From a virus, in IMG/VR virus record IMGVR_UViG_3300023174_000056, positions 96,001-160,000 of that record: a DNA stretch of 64,000 bases. One strand, written 5' to 3'. Below are positions 23,901 through 32,600 of the stretch, piece after piece. The number at the start of each line of letters is the position of its first letter. Position 1 is the first letter of the stretch. Below the pieces are notes generated by a model, which was not told the origin of the DNA, did no database searches, and was given only the letters and a program-made list of their open reading frames with translations. The position numbers and the translations under genes were made by a program.

Positions 23901-26053
23901 GTGACGATATTAGCTTCATCGGTTAAGTTATTTATAGAATAACCACCAAACAAAGATATATTTGTTTCTTCTGGCACTGAGTAATTTACGTCTGACGTTT
24001 CTAGTTTTTTTGGAAAGAAAATTTCTGTTTCAAACGTTAATGGGATTAAATAATAAGGTACTTTTGCAGTGTCTAAATTTATTGTAGGTAATAGAGACGA
24101 ATAAGAAGTTGTTGAATCGGAGGTTTCATTTGTGTTAAAAATATTTGTTCCGTAGCTATCTGGGGTTGAGAAGTTAAGAACTTTCTTTTTTTCTACGATA
24201 CTCTTCTTGTTGTTTTCAATAGTAAATTCTGTATTATTTGCATAGATATTTAATTTAATCAACTCATCATCTATACCAAATGATCTTATAAGATTTCTAA
24301 AGGATTTTTCTGTACCTTTTGTTTTATAAATATATGTTAAGTTATTTAAGATATTTTTATAAATTAAATTCTTTAAATCTGTTAATTTTTCTTCAAATAG
24401 TCTTTGTTCATCTCTAGATTTTAGATCTTCTATAATTTTAGAATCAACAAAAATATCAGGAGCTAGAAACCCGTTAGATTCTAGAATTGAATTAATAAAT
24501 GGAGCTGGCTTTCTATCTTGCTCGTAATATTCTCCAAAACCAAATGTAGGTAATTCTTTTATTTGAAGATAAATTTTATCAAAATAACTTGCAATTATTT
24601 GAGTAACTTTTTTTAGTTCTTCTGTCGCTACTTCTTCGTCTTCTGTGGTTATCCATTCTGGGAGGCTTCGGTAAATTGAATTACCATTCCGCAAATCCCA
24701 TTCTTGCCCTTTTTCTTTTAATTCTGAACTTTTATTTATAACCAAATAATGGTCTGGGTATAAGATTGGGTCTTTGACTTCTTGGCTTTCAAATAGACCG
24801 CTATCATCAATTGCTGACGATGTTGAGCGGACGCCAGCCGTATAATTTACGATAGTTCCGTTAGAAACACGCCCAGAATAATCTAATATTATAGAATCTC
24901 TCTGGTCTATAGACTCTTCGTTTAAAACGCCTTCATTAAATCTATAGTAAACTCCAAGATCTGTATTTGATAAATCTGTATTTGAACCACCATAAACTCT
25001 ATCGAATAAATAACGTTTTATATCTTTTTGAGTTTTTTCTGTTTTCCAAAATCTAAATTCATCAAAACTTCCAGGTGCTGCACCTAAATTATAATTGCCT
25101 GCGCTATAGAATCTATAAGATCCTAAGTTTGCTAAGAGATTTTTATTATCAAATGATAATGCAGATGCGTACTCGCCGTCTGATTTCCAAACTAATTCGC
25201 CGTCAATATATAATTTTGCAATTAATGTTCCATCATTTTCTTCTCTATTAACAAATGAGAATGCGTAATGATGCCAAGAGTTTAAATCAGTTAAATTATA
25301 ATCTATAGAGACATTTTGTAGAGCGCCATACCCTGAGAGAGGGTCTGTATTACCTTTATAAGTTATAGTAAACTTTTTTTGCGATGCTAAAAGACCTATT
25401 GACAATCTAGCATAATTTGAAGAATTGGTGTCCTCGATGCCGTTCCATAAATCAAATAAACCAAAAGAAGAAGAAAGGACATTTTGTGAAAGCCCTTCTT
25501 CCAACTTAAACCAAAATTCTACAGTATTTCCTTTTTGTGAACTTAAACCAAAATTGGCTTCTTGATTATTATTTACGTTATAGATGTTTCCATCTTTATA
25601 CAAATTTCCTTTTGCATTTGGGCCACTGTATGCCTTAACATATTGTGCGTTATTGCTTACTAAAACTTTAGTATCACCACTTCCTACTGAAGTGTATGCG
25701 GAATCATACGTATCAGAATTTAAAGTAATAAAGCCGGTTGTTTTTGGATATTCACTATCAAAAACATACTTTTCCAAGTAAGTTAATTTATTTCGCCAGT
25801 CAGTTATTTCTGACTCGGAACCATCATATGGATAAGAGCTATAGATATGTTGAATCGCTGAAGAATAATATTCATCAGCTAAACCAAATCTTGCAAAAGA
25901 TTTTGGATCAGAAAAATCTAAATTTGGTATAAATTCTTGGTTCTCTTCATTCTTTTTTTGAATGAAAGTTCTAGATTCTACTTCATTGTAAATTTCTTCT
26001 GGTTTTTCATTTGCTACTTGCTTGGTATCTTTAAATAAGTCTTTTATGGACAT
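14963..26053 (-). CDS. Giant baseplate/receptor-binding protein with LamG-like domains and two 7-bladed beta-propellers
   Basis: 3696 aa. LamG-type motifs (TVEFWFK, WHHYAFS, LYIDG, FDEFRFW). A K.KGTEKS.RNLIRSFGI wedge-like motif. Fourteen G(I/L/V)Y(V/I)GG.F...W(D/N)G..W repeats. Confidence 0.7.
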   Translation of the reverse strand: MSIKDLFKDTKQVANEKPEEIYNEVESRTFIQKKNEENQEFIPNLDFSDPKSFARFGLADEYYSSAIQHIYSSYPYDGSESEITDWRNKLTYLEKYVFDSEYPKTTGFITLNSDTYDSAYTSVGSGDTKVLVSNNAQYVKAYSGPNAKGNLYKDGNIYNVNNNQEANFGLSSQKGNTVEFWFKLEEGLSQNVLSSSFGLFDLWNGIEDTNSSNYARLSIGLLASQKKFTITYKGNTDPLSGYGALQNVSIDYNLTDLNSWHHYAFSFVNREENDGTLIAKLYIDGELVWKSDGEYASALSFDNKNLLANLGSYRFYSAGNYNLGAAPGSFDEFRFWKTEKTQKDIKRYLFDRVYGGSNTDLSNTDLGVYYRFNEGVLNEESIDQRDSIILDYSGRVSNGTIVNYTAGVRSTSSAIDDSGLFESQEVKDPILYPDHYLVINKSSELKEKGQEWDLRNGNSIYRSLPEWITTEDEEVATEELKKVTQIIASYFDKIYLQIKELPTFGFGEYYEQDRKPAPFINSILESNGFLAPDIFVDSKIIEDLKSRDEQRLFEEKLTDLKNLIYKNILNNLTYIYKTKGTEKSFRNLIRSFGIDDELIKLNIYANNTEFTIENNKKSIVEKKKVLNFSTPDSYGTNIFNTNETSDSTTSYSSLLPTINLDTAKVPYYLIPLTFETEIFFPKKLETSDVNYSVPEETNISLFGGYSINNLTDEANIVTSHYNFETFLVKNKKDDRGGYFKFNCIATADNNLRSQYFSDIYEGEKWNFAVRLKTPYDNLDKLNYDINAFNTLPVGKDYYLEFYGVNTVEGNIKNEFTVTSSALTLEQVQNIHGDFKKFYVGARKNNFTGSVLNYTDILVSNARFWYDYLSNEEIQEHAKDSANFGVKNPIAKPYENLDEKIERINLLAFNWDFDEVTSSDSNGEVLVKDTKGAVSGLDSLFSYNVEKTYAAKASETLANSKDIVKKHYTLASKQTVPENLYTSDTINIYGDSDYAFTKDTKPVSLFWAFEKSMYQTISEEMLNMFAGIVDFNNLIGDPINKYRQEYRDLNALRRKFFEKVENEPSVEKYIEFYKWIDSAIGEMLYQLAPAGSEFSQNIRNMIESHVLERPKYDYKLPQVKKTTVDYAQAKGIKELKYNWKKGHAPEDLTSFSQEDSALWLKERAERINSPVIVSSGDADADKQKLLDSIVNETNKKKYKSYNAATSTVYEKTAYYDRRLARLYDLAADKPYSLVDGIETFAVVNVLNSLTNSVELRPLFADSGSARTSLFNQPRANYSKQYNIVQAAGREINNKHLVDVEGVLSSATASAFISGAYDYPLPTRKKYEGIMVNRFSAPGGPESLSRGALDRESETFSVYNTVNYRNPLVRKALNDWMRETASIDSNNPSFHKINKNHLKTANSNEYDNGFVSHQIPRSDYGYAWISASATNLITSSGPYSSIYPNTDIGTLAVLSASTESGEVIDFVGLNNSNITTSVNQDTSTISFNENGSLHKYLLKKDGPFGYTSWKQIRQKDNNKLANLLFKNNKFIIQKNTSNFVTETRTYAADSVSPPLTKPSKLEVKSITKPYIEPPVEWNLPITFGVTLNTELTKINDVYTILRTEYSNVLDTIANQLLKNEIAPVQPDRNKTSYKKIYNLLTSKVQDIDEPVAAGIAYSELVFPRKDKIGLGDIRTKPNYEDNGSTDSIVKTKTFWRDSAVDRERPSSTVDMFGFATSSYNTIGSKLFSSYGSYDNFIFDPNNKLKNSIFAQDLQYSESYSLQNNIDNIKLPVNNIFSFNKDTNIVTNFGAYTGIFASNINTSLSTSDGIYIGGDFTNAGGNSKANCILKWDGQRVTTFKNGINVTDAVVYSIVSGADGLYVGGKFSNLDSTTSKNAIIKWDGTDWVSLGTGSSAGSAPLSPNGSKTIVYSMVSSSQGLYVGGVFTDAGGVSNADTIALWNGSTWTNVGTGSPGSPPLADPDWSSLYSSATVFSLASSSYGLYVGGAFAIAASNNLNAKNIAVWNGTNWTAFGNTIGDGVGGNSYYDRVASISSGSDGIYVGGSFSIASPLTGSDSVSNVAKWDTILSKWKGFGSVLSTVTYNALDKSATFVNSGINSLFSSSDGVYIGGLFSKVGNFGNTSYKNIGLAKWDGASWGTIGGSIYLPLNSYSVINTITSGSSGIIFGGSVTQFVPDKLQKIFYEKNTSGYLSNKDILLEKYFDLEQIYYPIKNVAILDTNQYGNGNIYSLYGTTQDYTNNLDRDILCLVSGSDGVYAGLRAVNDYNSIGNLTGFLKKWTKENDWVTIGNITPSTFGDSVFALCSSSAGVYVGGKFTNGGGVSGAKNLVLCKSSGSFQIVGPTNSFNNQISSIISASEGIYVGGKFTNAAGIAAADGIARWDGTSWNSLGTGSFGLGSGVFCMLSSSEGIYVGGGFTDTGISDTANIARWDGVKWNSVGGSSPSRPNNTVITMASASDGLYVYGADGYTIGNAGNAVTSPFIKKWNGTSWSDISKTLNGLIWSFTALNNKIYAAGNFTSASDGTILNNIACWDGTNWNQVGTNGIRNGFNLTTDDEIYSLVSDGNKIFIGGRFAGTRSGPTIKTKDFKYQFEAYSASVDIVMPKPQLIFNNFIPPNANSNLKIAENTYATNTDLTTTVYSSSNNSIFVLNQGYVYETDQKAGRGAFYDSYTKFIEDIKPHSQKYSIVPEYKISNFVESYVKKVNGNFNSILTSDYLTLQGALQESSFNNLSSSTNISQNFDTTFLYDESLPIDNDFKLTINISAIKKLLPYKGFYPSERIEQLSSYFINSFLPLKRTLVSSKNPKEVYYSALSNGTPLNQQVLALLQPLFAPGILLNTIKSSVAVDFPVFITSSVSYDSRTPPVFYGNTGSSLTTNYLFDYINNIQRNYTASNYIDLNPNYRLPFEALIDFDTKIPDDLKVSANNLYYLNPTHYTTDTITGSDFNNIAYPSYNMGTGSLKSFTFLDANYKLAMHNFLAEIPNFFLKGKLTSITSKPENEFAAAIPGTRYYMDVVLEKDGAYKEFITDPYYENLKSDPAKHSEGTFMIPSPDSLYGPPVRYWDSAGSASLLYQKGPYNLYSKLLDTPSYAPYVPPYYYGKAIARISFLASDTKTRAYSLQEIQDSINIEFLNSEAEALFKQRSNFLLNDFSSSYADNYKNSPAYKSMMNLSSSINLTLKSEDLDLSVDVATSKADKGTKSFVPKFKWVIQTKFETPSINFNDADLTDNIGLQFIDGDKSIPGTVKGVYKNLFKGIWTTYGSPVQEGSGIKLYLQESPTGPNTGSLIQMCGFKTDVKPTLGVLGSEKTVSEALVLIPYTYNKNHVDGKKKINQEFAETLPEILGENNILKPNQRGRGPYYFKINRDILKETFGVSFGKESKISFEEIKTIIDNNSSLKNTSIVDTVRQMTRFVLPPHLDWLRNKNIDPFVMYVIPFDIELQQDSNYTDLSDIWQGVMPSKSMESHIENKNISHPFNSDELFHGKRLPKDVKFKVFKIKQKANVNYYELVEDSKESALKRFKFKFTSSEAVPEYSYNWPYDFCSVIEMANATVELKNGKTDINLKSKTAGETFVTQRRVTSNADTSTPVVTNAQETNNTNIGTTQLTTTIANPTLVQTQFVPQINTVSALNGSPTSSLQAINVNSLTPVAQAQIQNINATNLNVTATTSQLINQQNSALKTINSSTAQAAVKNIKASFSRKIKK
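18345..20660 (-). repeat. 14 beta-propeller blade repeats (2 x 7) inside the giant protein
   Basis: Recurring S.S.G(I/L/V)YVGG.FT.AGG.....IA.WDG..W...G units, in two groups separated by a linker at about 19340-19550. Confidence 0.75.
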
Positions 26054-26055
26054 TT

Positions 26056-27483
26056 TTACTGGACCTTAAATTTAAAAGTATTTTTTATTTCATTCAATTG
26101 CGACCCATCGTAAGTTGCAAGTCGTATACCATATGTATAGCCAGGTTCTAAAAACGTTAAATCTAAATCAAAATAATTTCCGTTGGAATCATAAGATGTT
26201 TTAGAGAAAGCGATAGAACCAGTTGAATAATCTATTATAGTATAATTATCGCTTAATCTTAAAATTTTATAGTATAAATTATTTGAAATTGTGTTTTCTA
26301 CAAGATTTGTAGCATTTGTATAAATTGTTGGTTTCCAATCACGATCTCTTATAAAAATTTTAAATCTTGCGTTTTCAGATCCAGTGTAATTTACTTTTAA
26401 ATTTACTATATTTACAACATACTCTGGCGTGCTATCATAATCATAACCATTTGGTTGATTAATATCAAAAGCGCTTGAAAAATATCTTCCAAGAGATGAG
26501 CTATTAATCCATACGTCGTATCCAACGCTCGCTGTTGTGTCCAATGAAACCCTAGCTTTATAAATACCTTCGCTTGGGTTAGAAATCGACAAATAAGAAG
26601 GAGCAATTTCGTTCAACAGAGTTGAATCGCTGTAAAATTTAACATTTAGCTGCGGATCTCCAGCGATGTTTTTTAAGACTCCTCTTGGTTTATTAAAATA
26701 ATATAAGTTCATTATATTATCTTCTGTATCGAAAGCACTGCTAGAAGCAAAGAAATTAGTCCTATCATCAGTTACAACTGCTGCCCATCGTGCTTCAATG
26801 GATGGTCTTTTATAGAAAAACTCACTACCTCTAGCAGAGAATTTTTTTGTATAAAAGCTTCTACCCTCTGTGCCGTCTTCAAAAGAACCAGAAAGTTTTA
26901 CTAAAACACCATTATTTGGAATTGTTGAAGTTATCCAATCTTCTACTAAATTTGTTATATCTAAATCAATATCTTCTAAACCGCTTGAGAATGTTTGAGT
27001 AAAATCATAGCCAGAGCCAGTAATATATGAAGATCCTGTGCCGCTCCAGACCGTTCCACTTTGTGCGTATTCCCAAGTACAGCCAGAACCTTTTAATACA
27101 GGGTGCCAACCAATATCGGAATATGTCTCCATGTCTAAGCCATAGCCTTCATCCCAAGACTGGCTAACAGGATTGATAGAAACACTAAAATCTCTTGGTA
27201 CGCTAAACGGATGTTCAACGTTATATAATTTCAAAAAAAATTTAACGCTCCCAGAGGCCGGAATTTTTGAAGATGTTCTATCTTCTATAATTTGCTCTAT
27301 TGGAAATTGAACTAAAATTCTGCTTTTTTCAACTGAATTATCCGTCGCCTGAGCAAATATAGAAAATATCTCTAACGAGTCGGAAGCTCCCATATTTGCA
27401 TTTACGGCCCTAGTAATTAGATCTGGCTTGAATGCGTCCGTAATTGTTGTATCTTTGCTCGCTACATATTTTTTTATTGGCAT
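26056..27483 (-). CDS. Virion protein with a DNRLRE-like domain
   Basis: A.KDTTI...N.G.SD.LEI....SRIL.QF and W.EG.G motifs; lies between baseplate genes. Confidence 0.55.
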   Translation of the reverse strand: MPIKKYVASKDTTITDAFKPDLITRAVNANMGASDSLEIFSIFAQATDNSVEKSRILVQFPIEQIIEDRTSSKIPASGSVKFFLKLYNVEHPFSVPRDFSVSINPVSQSWDEGYGLDMETYSDIGWHPVLKGSGCTWEYAQSGTVWSGTGSSYITGSGYDFTQTFSSGLEDIDLDITNLVEDWITSTIPNNGVLVKLSGSFEDGTEGRSFYTKKFSARGSEFFYKRPSIEARWAAVVTDDRTNFFASSSAFDTEDNIMNLYYFNKPRGVLKNIAGDPQLNVKFYSDSTLLNEIAPSYLSISNPSEGIYKARVSLDTTASVGYDVWINSSSLGRYFSSAFDINQPNGYDYDSTPEYVVNIVNLKVNYTGSENARFKIFIRDRDWKPTIYTNATNLVENTISNNLYYKILRLSDNYTIIDYSTGSIAFSKTSYDSNGNYFDLDLTFLEPGYTYGIRLATYDGSQLNEIKNTFKFKVQ

Positions 27484-29285
27484 TATACTATTGTTCCATG
27501 AATGTCAACATCTGGATATTTTACTTCCCAGATAACGTTTGAAGGCATATTTATAATATTATCGTACAATGAGCTATTTGTGCTACTGTTTATATTTAAA
27601 TTGGTTCTAGCATAGTTTGAGCCATTTTTTGTCTTTATTGTAACTTCTCTTACGTCTAGAACGCTATCTACCCTTTTTAAAACAGCTAAAACGTCATTTA
27701 TCATAAATGGTTCACCAATTTCTGGTATTCTAGAGAAATACTTTTTTAAGGCTGTTAGAGCATCGTCTAGAACATCAGATTTTTGTTTTCCTGAAACTCC
27801 AATTGCAGTAAAATCTATTGATAAATTAACTATTTTTGCATCAATCATATCGATTGTATCTGATAAAACTCTATTTTTATCTATCCAAGTTTTTAAATTT
27901 TTCTTAATATTAACTGAAGACTTTATTAAATGTCCCTCATTGTCCTCAGATATTATATAAAGATTTAAGTTTCTTTTAAAAGAGTCTTGATCTTTTATTA
28001 ATCTGACTCTTTTAACTGATCCAAATTTTCCTGGCATTGAATATGCTAATGCTTCGTAATCTTTTTCAGTTACTGCTCTGTTTTGAGCCGCAAAATTATC
28101 GCCTATTCTTATTTTTAATTCATTTGAGTCTGGGATTTTAATATATCCAACAACTGGGTCTTCATTTTCTACTACAAAGCTGCTTCTTACATCATCAACG
28201 TCAAGTGCATTTAATGTTTGCTCATCTGTAAATTCAACAACTAATCTTGTTATAGAATTTATAGCTCCAACGGCGGCATTCACGTTTTCCGTAGTATTGA
28301 CTCTATATGTTATTGTAATATCGGTGTTTGAAGGAGCTATTCCAAATTTATCGCTATTTATCAATTTTTTTGGATCAAAGGAAGTGTCAGTAACGTATCT
28401 TTTTCCATACATCTTCATTACAAATTTGTTTGGATCTTCTAACATATTATCATTTTCTACATCAATTAAATTAGCAGCGCCAAAAGTAAGATAAGTGGAC
28501 TCATTATCTTTTTGGACAACATATCTTCTTGGAATAGCAAATGGAACTAAAATATTTGGCGCAGAAGCCGCATCTTCTGAATTATTTGGTATTTCTCTAT
28601 AGCTGATATTTTGGGATAAAAAGTCAGCTTCGTAATATTCATTTCCTTCTGCATCTACGACAGAAACAATATCTGTCACATTTGGTTCATTAATCTGTAC
28701 TTTTAGAAATCTTTTAAAAGAACCTATTGTGCTTACTTGATTTTTGTATATACCAGAAACTACCGTTCCAAATCCTTTTATAGCATAATACGTAGGAGAA
28801 CCTGTATCTGGATCTGTTTTTGCAACTCTTACTGTAAAGTTTGAATTTGACATGTTCACATTTTCAATTAATGAAAATGTGTTAGGTCCAGCTGCAAATG
28901 TAGTACCTTTTTTTATAATAGGCGCATAAGAAAGATTTGGCCCCAAACCATCAACTTTAGCAGGCACTAAACAATAAATTGAAACAGTGCCGTAAGAAGA
29001 AGGAAATGGATCATATCTATAGCCTAATTTATAGCCATGTTTTAATACGTTGTTAAACTCTATAGATGTCTTTAAATGGCTTTCATTAGCGCTGTAATCC
29101 ACATAAAAAGACAAAACATCGCCAACATACGCAACAGTATCAAGCATTAAAGCGCCAAAGCTTGCCTCATTAAAGTCTTTAAAAGTATCAGGATAATACT
29201 TTTTTGCATATTCGACCAACTCAGTTTTTATTGAATTAAAGTCTCTGGCTGTATATTTTATTGGTACTAATTTTTTACTATTCAT
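27483..29285 (-). CDS. Baseplate wedge subunit (T4 gp6 / baseplate-J-like)
   Basis: YTARDFNSIK..L....YPD...DFNEAS.G....D..AYVGD.LSFY.D and QNRAVT..DY motifs. The ATG at 29285 is preferred over the TTG at 29303. Confidence 0.85.
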   Translation of the reverse strand: MNSKKLVPIKYTARDFNSIKTELVEYAKKYYPDTFKDFNEASFGALMLDTVAYVGDVLSFYVDYSANESHLKTSIEFNNVLKHGYKLGYRYDPFPSSYGTVSIYCLVPAKVDGLGPNLSYAPIIKKGTTFAAGPNTFSLIENVNMSNSNFTVRVAKTDPDTGSPTYYAIKGFGTVVSGIYKNQVSTIGSFKRFLKVQINEPNVTDIVSVVDAEGNEYYEADFLSQNISYREIPNNSEDAASAPNILVPFAIPRRYVVQKDNESTYLTFGAANLIDVENDNMLEDPNKFVMKMYGKRYVTDTSFDPKKLINSDKFGIAPSNTDITITYRVNTTENVNAAVGAINSITRLVVEFTDEQTLNALDVDDVRSSFVVENEDPVVGYIKIPDSNELKIRIGDNFAAQNRAVTEKDYEALAYSMPGKFGSVKRVRLIKDQDSFKRNLNLYIISEDNEGHLIKSSVNIKKNLKTWIDKNRVLSDTIDMIDAKIVNLSIDFTAIGVSGKQKSDVLDDALTALKKYFSRIPEIGEPFMINDVLAVLKRVDSVLDVREVTIKTKNGSNYARTNLNINSSTNSSLYDNIINMPSNVIWEVKYPDVDIHGTIV

Positions 29286-29312
29286 GGTTTTGTTCTCTAA
29301 CAAATAAGTAGT

Positions 29313-29690
29313 CTATCTAGTAAGATTTTCAAGCGATAAATAATCCGTAACAGAAAGAGAAGGAACAGAATAAGAAATTGTTATACTAATACTATTATAA
29401 TCATCTTTTCTTAATATTTTTATAGAGTTAACGCTTAAAAACGACATATATTTTGATATTTGGTTTCCAATTCTGGAAATAATGTCGGCGTCTACTGCCT
29501 CTGACATATTCTCAAATAGAAATCTTTTAATACCTACGCCAAAATTTGCGTCATAAACTCTTTCACCTGGGTTTGTCAAAACTAAATTTTTTAAATTTTG
29601 TTTTATCGTATCTTTAATGTTTTTGTTTAATGTATGACCTATATCATTTCTATCTAATGATAACGGTAGTCTTGGTGAAATACCTGCCAT
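29313..29690 (-). CDS. Baseplate wedge protein gp25-like (sheath initiator)
   Basis: IKQNLKNLVLTNPGERVYDANFGVGIKRFLFE is the classic gp25/GPW motif; GGAGA RBS. Confidence 0.9.
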   Translation of the reverse strand: MAGISPRLPLSLDRNDIGHTLNKNIKDTIKQNLKNLVLTNPGERVYDANFGVGIKRFLFENMSEAVDADIISRIGNQISKYMSFLSVNSIKILRKDDYNSISITISYSVPSLSVTDYLSLENLTR

Positions 29691-29699
29691 TTTTATCTC

Positions 29700-32600
29700 C
29701 TAACAAACATCATCATCGTTTGTTGTACTATCAGTTTCCATACCAAAATCATCTTCTGCCAATGAAATTGCAAAAGCCGCTTGTCCTTGTGGTGTGATAG
29801 GAGGAAGTAGAGCTGCTGACAATCCTAAACTTGGTATATACATAGGAAGGTTTTTAACGGAGATTTGTACTCCAGCAGCTTCTGCTTGCGCTACTCCAAG
29901 GCCGTAAGCCGTTGATACGGCAGAAGCAATAGAGATGTTTGGATCAGTTATTTGAGCAAAACTCCTAACAATTGTTTTTGGTAATGCAGCAAGCACTTTT
30001 AATTTAGATATACTTGCCGTAACTCCATTATCTTCTATTTTTTTCGTATAATCACTGGCTAGATCTATAATATCTATTATAGACTTAATTTCTTGTTTAG
30101 AAGCATCAAAAGAGGAATTTAAAACGTCAAGGCTGTTTAATGACAATAGCATTGTTGAACAATATCCAGAAAACATTTCGTCAAATGGATAATATAATTT
30201 AAAGTAGGTATAGAATAAATCTTTAAATGTAAGATCTTTTTTATAAGACTCATTAGATGTTATAGCGAATGTATATAAACTTTCAATATCGCTAGTAAAA
30301 AAGTCTGTATATTTTTTGGTTTCTTTTGCAACCATTGAAAAATATGAACGTCCATTGTTAGTAATAATGCAAAATGGAGGGTTTGTTGCAGCCAGTTTAT
30401 CTAAATCTACATCTACTTTTTCTATTAATTGCTGTTTTTCTTTAATACGATCAGAAAAAGTTTTTATCTGAGTAACGACTTCTAACCCTTCTTTAGTTAC
30501 AAGTGATAAATTGTCGTCATTATCACTCTCAATTAAAAGATCATTTATCCTATCGTAGCTGGGCTTTAACGAGTACTCATTATTTTCATAAAATTTATCA
30601 ACATTAGAAAAATAATTACTATTACTATCTCCATATTCTTTCAATAAATTAATAATATAATTTAAGATGTTTTTTAGGTCTTCTTCGGTCATGCTATCGG
30701 AGGAGACAAGAGCCGCTAAAAATATTCTTACTTGATCTAGCGACCATCCCGGTGGCTTTATTTTATTATCATACTCTTTTAATAAAATTTCTAATGACGG
30801 TTTTGATATCAAGAAATCAAATATATTTTTTATTCTAGCCATAATGTCATTATTAGTTATTAAAGAAATTTCTTTATTTAAAGAATTTTTTACGTTTGAA
30901 ATGCTTGCTGGATCTGGTATTAATGTGATATTATCATATGCATAATCTACAAATGATTTATAATTCTTCTCTTGTATTATTTCTTCCGATTTAGTTATTT
31001 TTACTATATTTTTATTTTTTTCATTTTTATAAATTTCGTGAATTTGAGTGCTGACCGACGAGAAATCTTTCTTAAAATGCATTTTAAACGCATTTAAAAT
31101 ATCTGCTTTTGAATTTAATAAGTCTTCTATTTTTATATCTTTTAGATTTTGTTCTCTCTTATACTTCTCCATCATTATTTTATTAATTTTAGATGCATAA
31201 GAGGAGCCAAAAAGTCTCTTTATGTCTTTCATTATAAAATCATAGCAAATCACATAAAAAACTTCTGAGTCTAGTAGCGATAAGTAATTGCCGAATGGTA
31301 GCAATTTTAAATTAAAATCAATAGAATAAATTCTAAAAAATAATGCCAATCCTGCTTCATAATTTGCTGTATCCGCAGCAGATGGAACCTTCTTTTTACC
31401 ATCTAGTGACATTATAGGAGGTAAACAAGCTGATTTAGCAGCGGCCTTTTGAACACTATTTTTTATTTCATCTAGATTAATCAGTCTTTTATCTTTAACA
31501 CCACACTTTTTTTCTTTTTTAGTTAGCAGCGGATTGAGATCTAGTGATAAAGCTTTTTGTATATTTGGTGTTTGTAAATTTCCATTTTTATCTGTTTTAT
31601 ATTCAAAAAGAAAATTATTAAAAAATTGCTTTTGAAATAAGTAATTTACAATCTTTTTGTCGTAAGCATCCTGCTTTGACTGGATTTCTGTATTTATGCC
31701 GCCAATTAAAGAAAGTAAATTTTGATTAGCTTGTACCGAATAAGAACTAGTAGAAAAATTATAATTATTTGAAAGACTTTTATTTAAGTTTATTATTCTA
31801 TTTTCCTGATCGGATATTGTGCTAATTCTTGTTGCATTTAAGCTGTTATACGAAAGATCAAGACCAGTACCGCTTATTGAAGAAGTTGAAGCATTTATGC
31901 GTATTTTTGTATTTATATTAATATTGTTAGTTTCAACCAATAATTTTGAAAATTGGCTATCTGGGTCTTCGTTAATTAATTTTGCATTTTCTTCTGTTGC
32001 AAATAAGTATTCAGGTATTTTAAAGTTAAGATCGATAACATCAGGAAATGGAGAGCTAACTATTCCTCTGAAACTGCTGGTTCTTTTCACAGTTGTTGGG
32101 TACACTACTGAAGCGTAAAATGTGTTTGCGCTTCCAGAGGTTAGGAAGAGTTTTTTAATAACATTCCCGCTTTTATCTTGTATTGTAATAGATGAATTTC
32201 TAAACCAATTTTTAATATCTTGGTTATAGGACTCATCAAACTTAGAATATAATTTATCTAAAATATCCTCATTTGAGATTTTGAAAGCTTCAGGAATTCC
32301 AATTTTATCAGAAATTCCAGGTGTTATTGTTCCGTCTTCATTTTGAACACAATTGATTGGCTTTAATTCAATTGATGTCTTATTTAACATATTTAAAGCT
32401 AAAGACAATTTTGAAATAGTATTTTTTAAATTCTGGTCTTTTCTCTCAACTTCAACCTGTGCCTGTTCTTCAGTTAAGCCTTTTTCTTTTAAGGCTTTTT
32501 TTAAATTTTCATTAAAAGTATTGTTATCTATGCACAATATATCTGGATCATTTGATAATATTTGCTCTGTGAGAAAATTTAATTTTTCTTGATTCATTAA

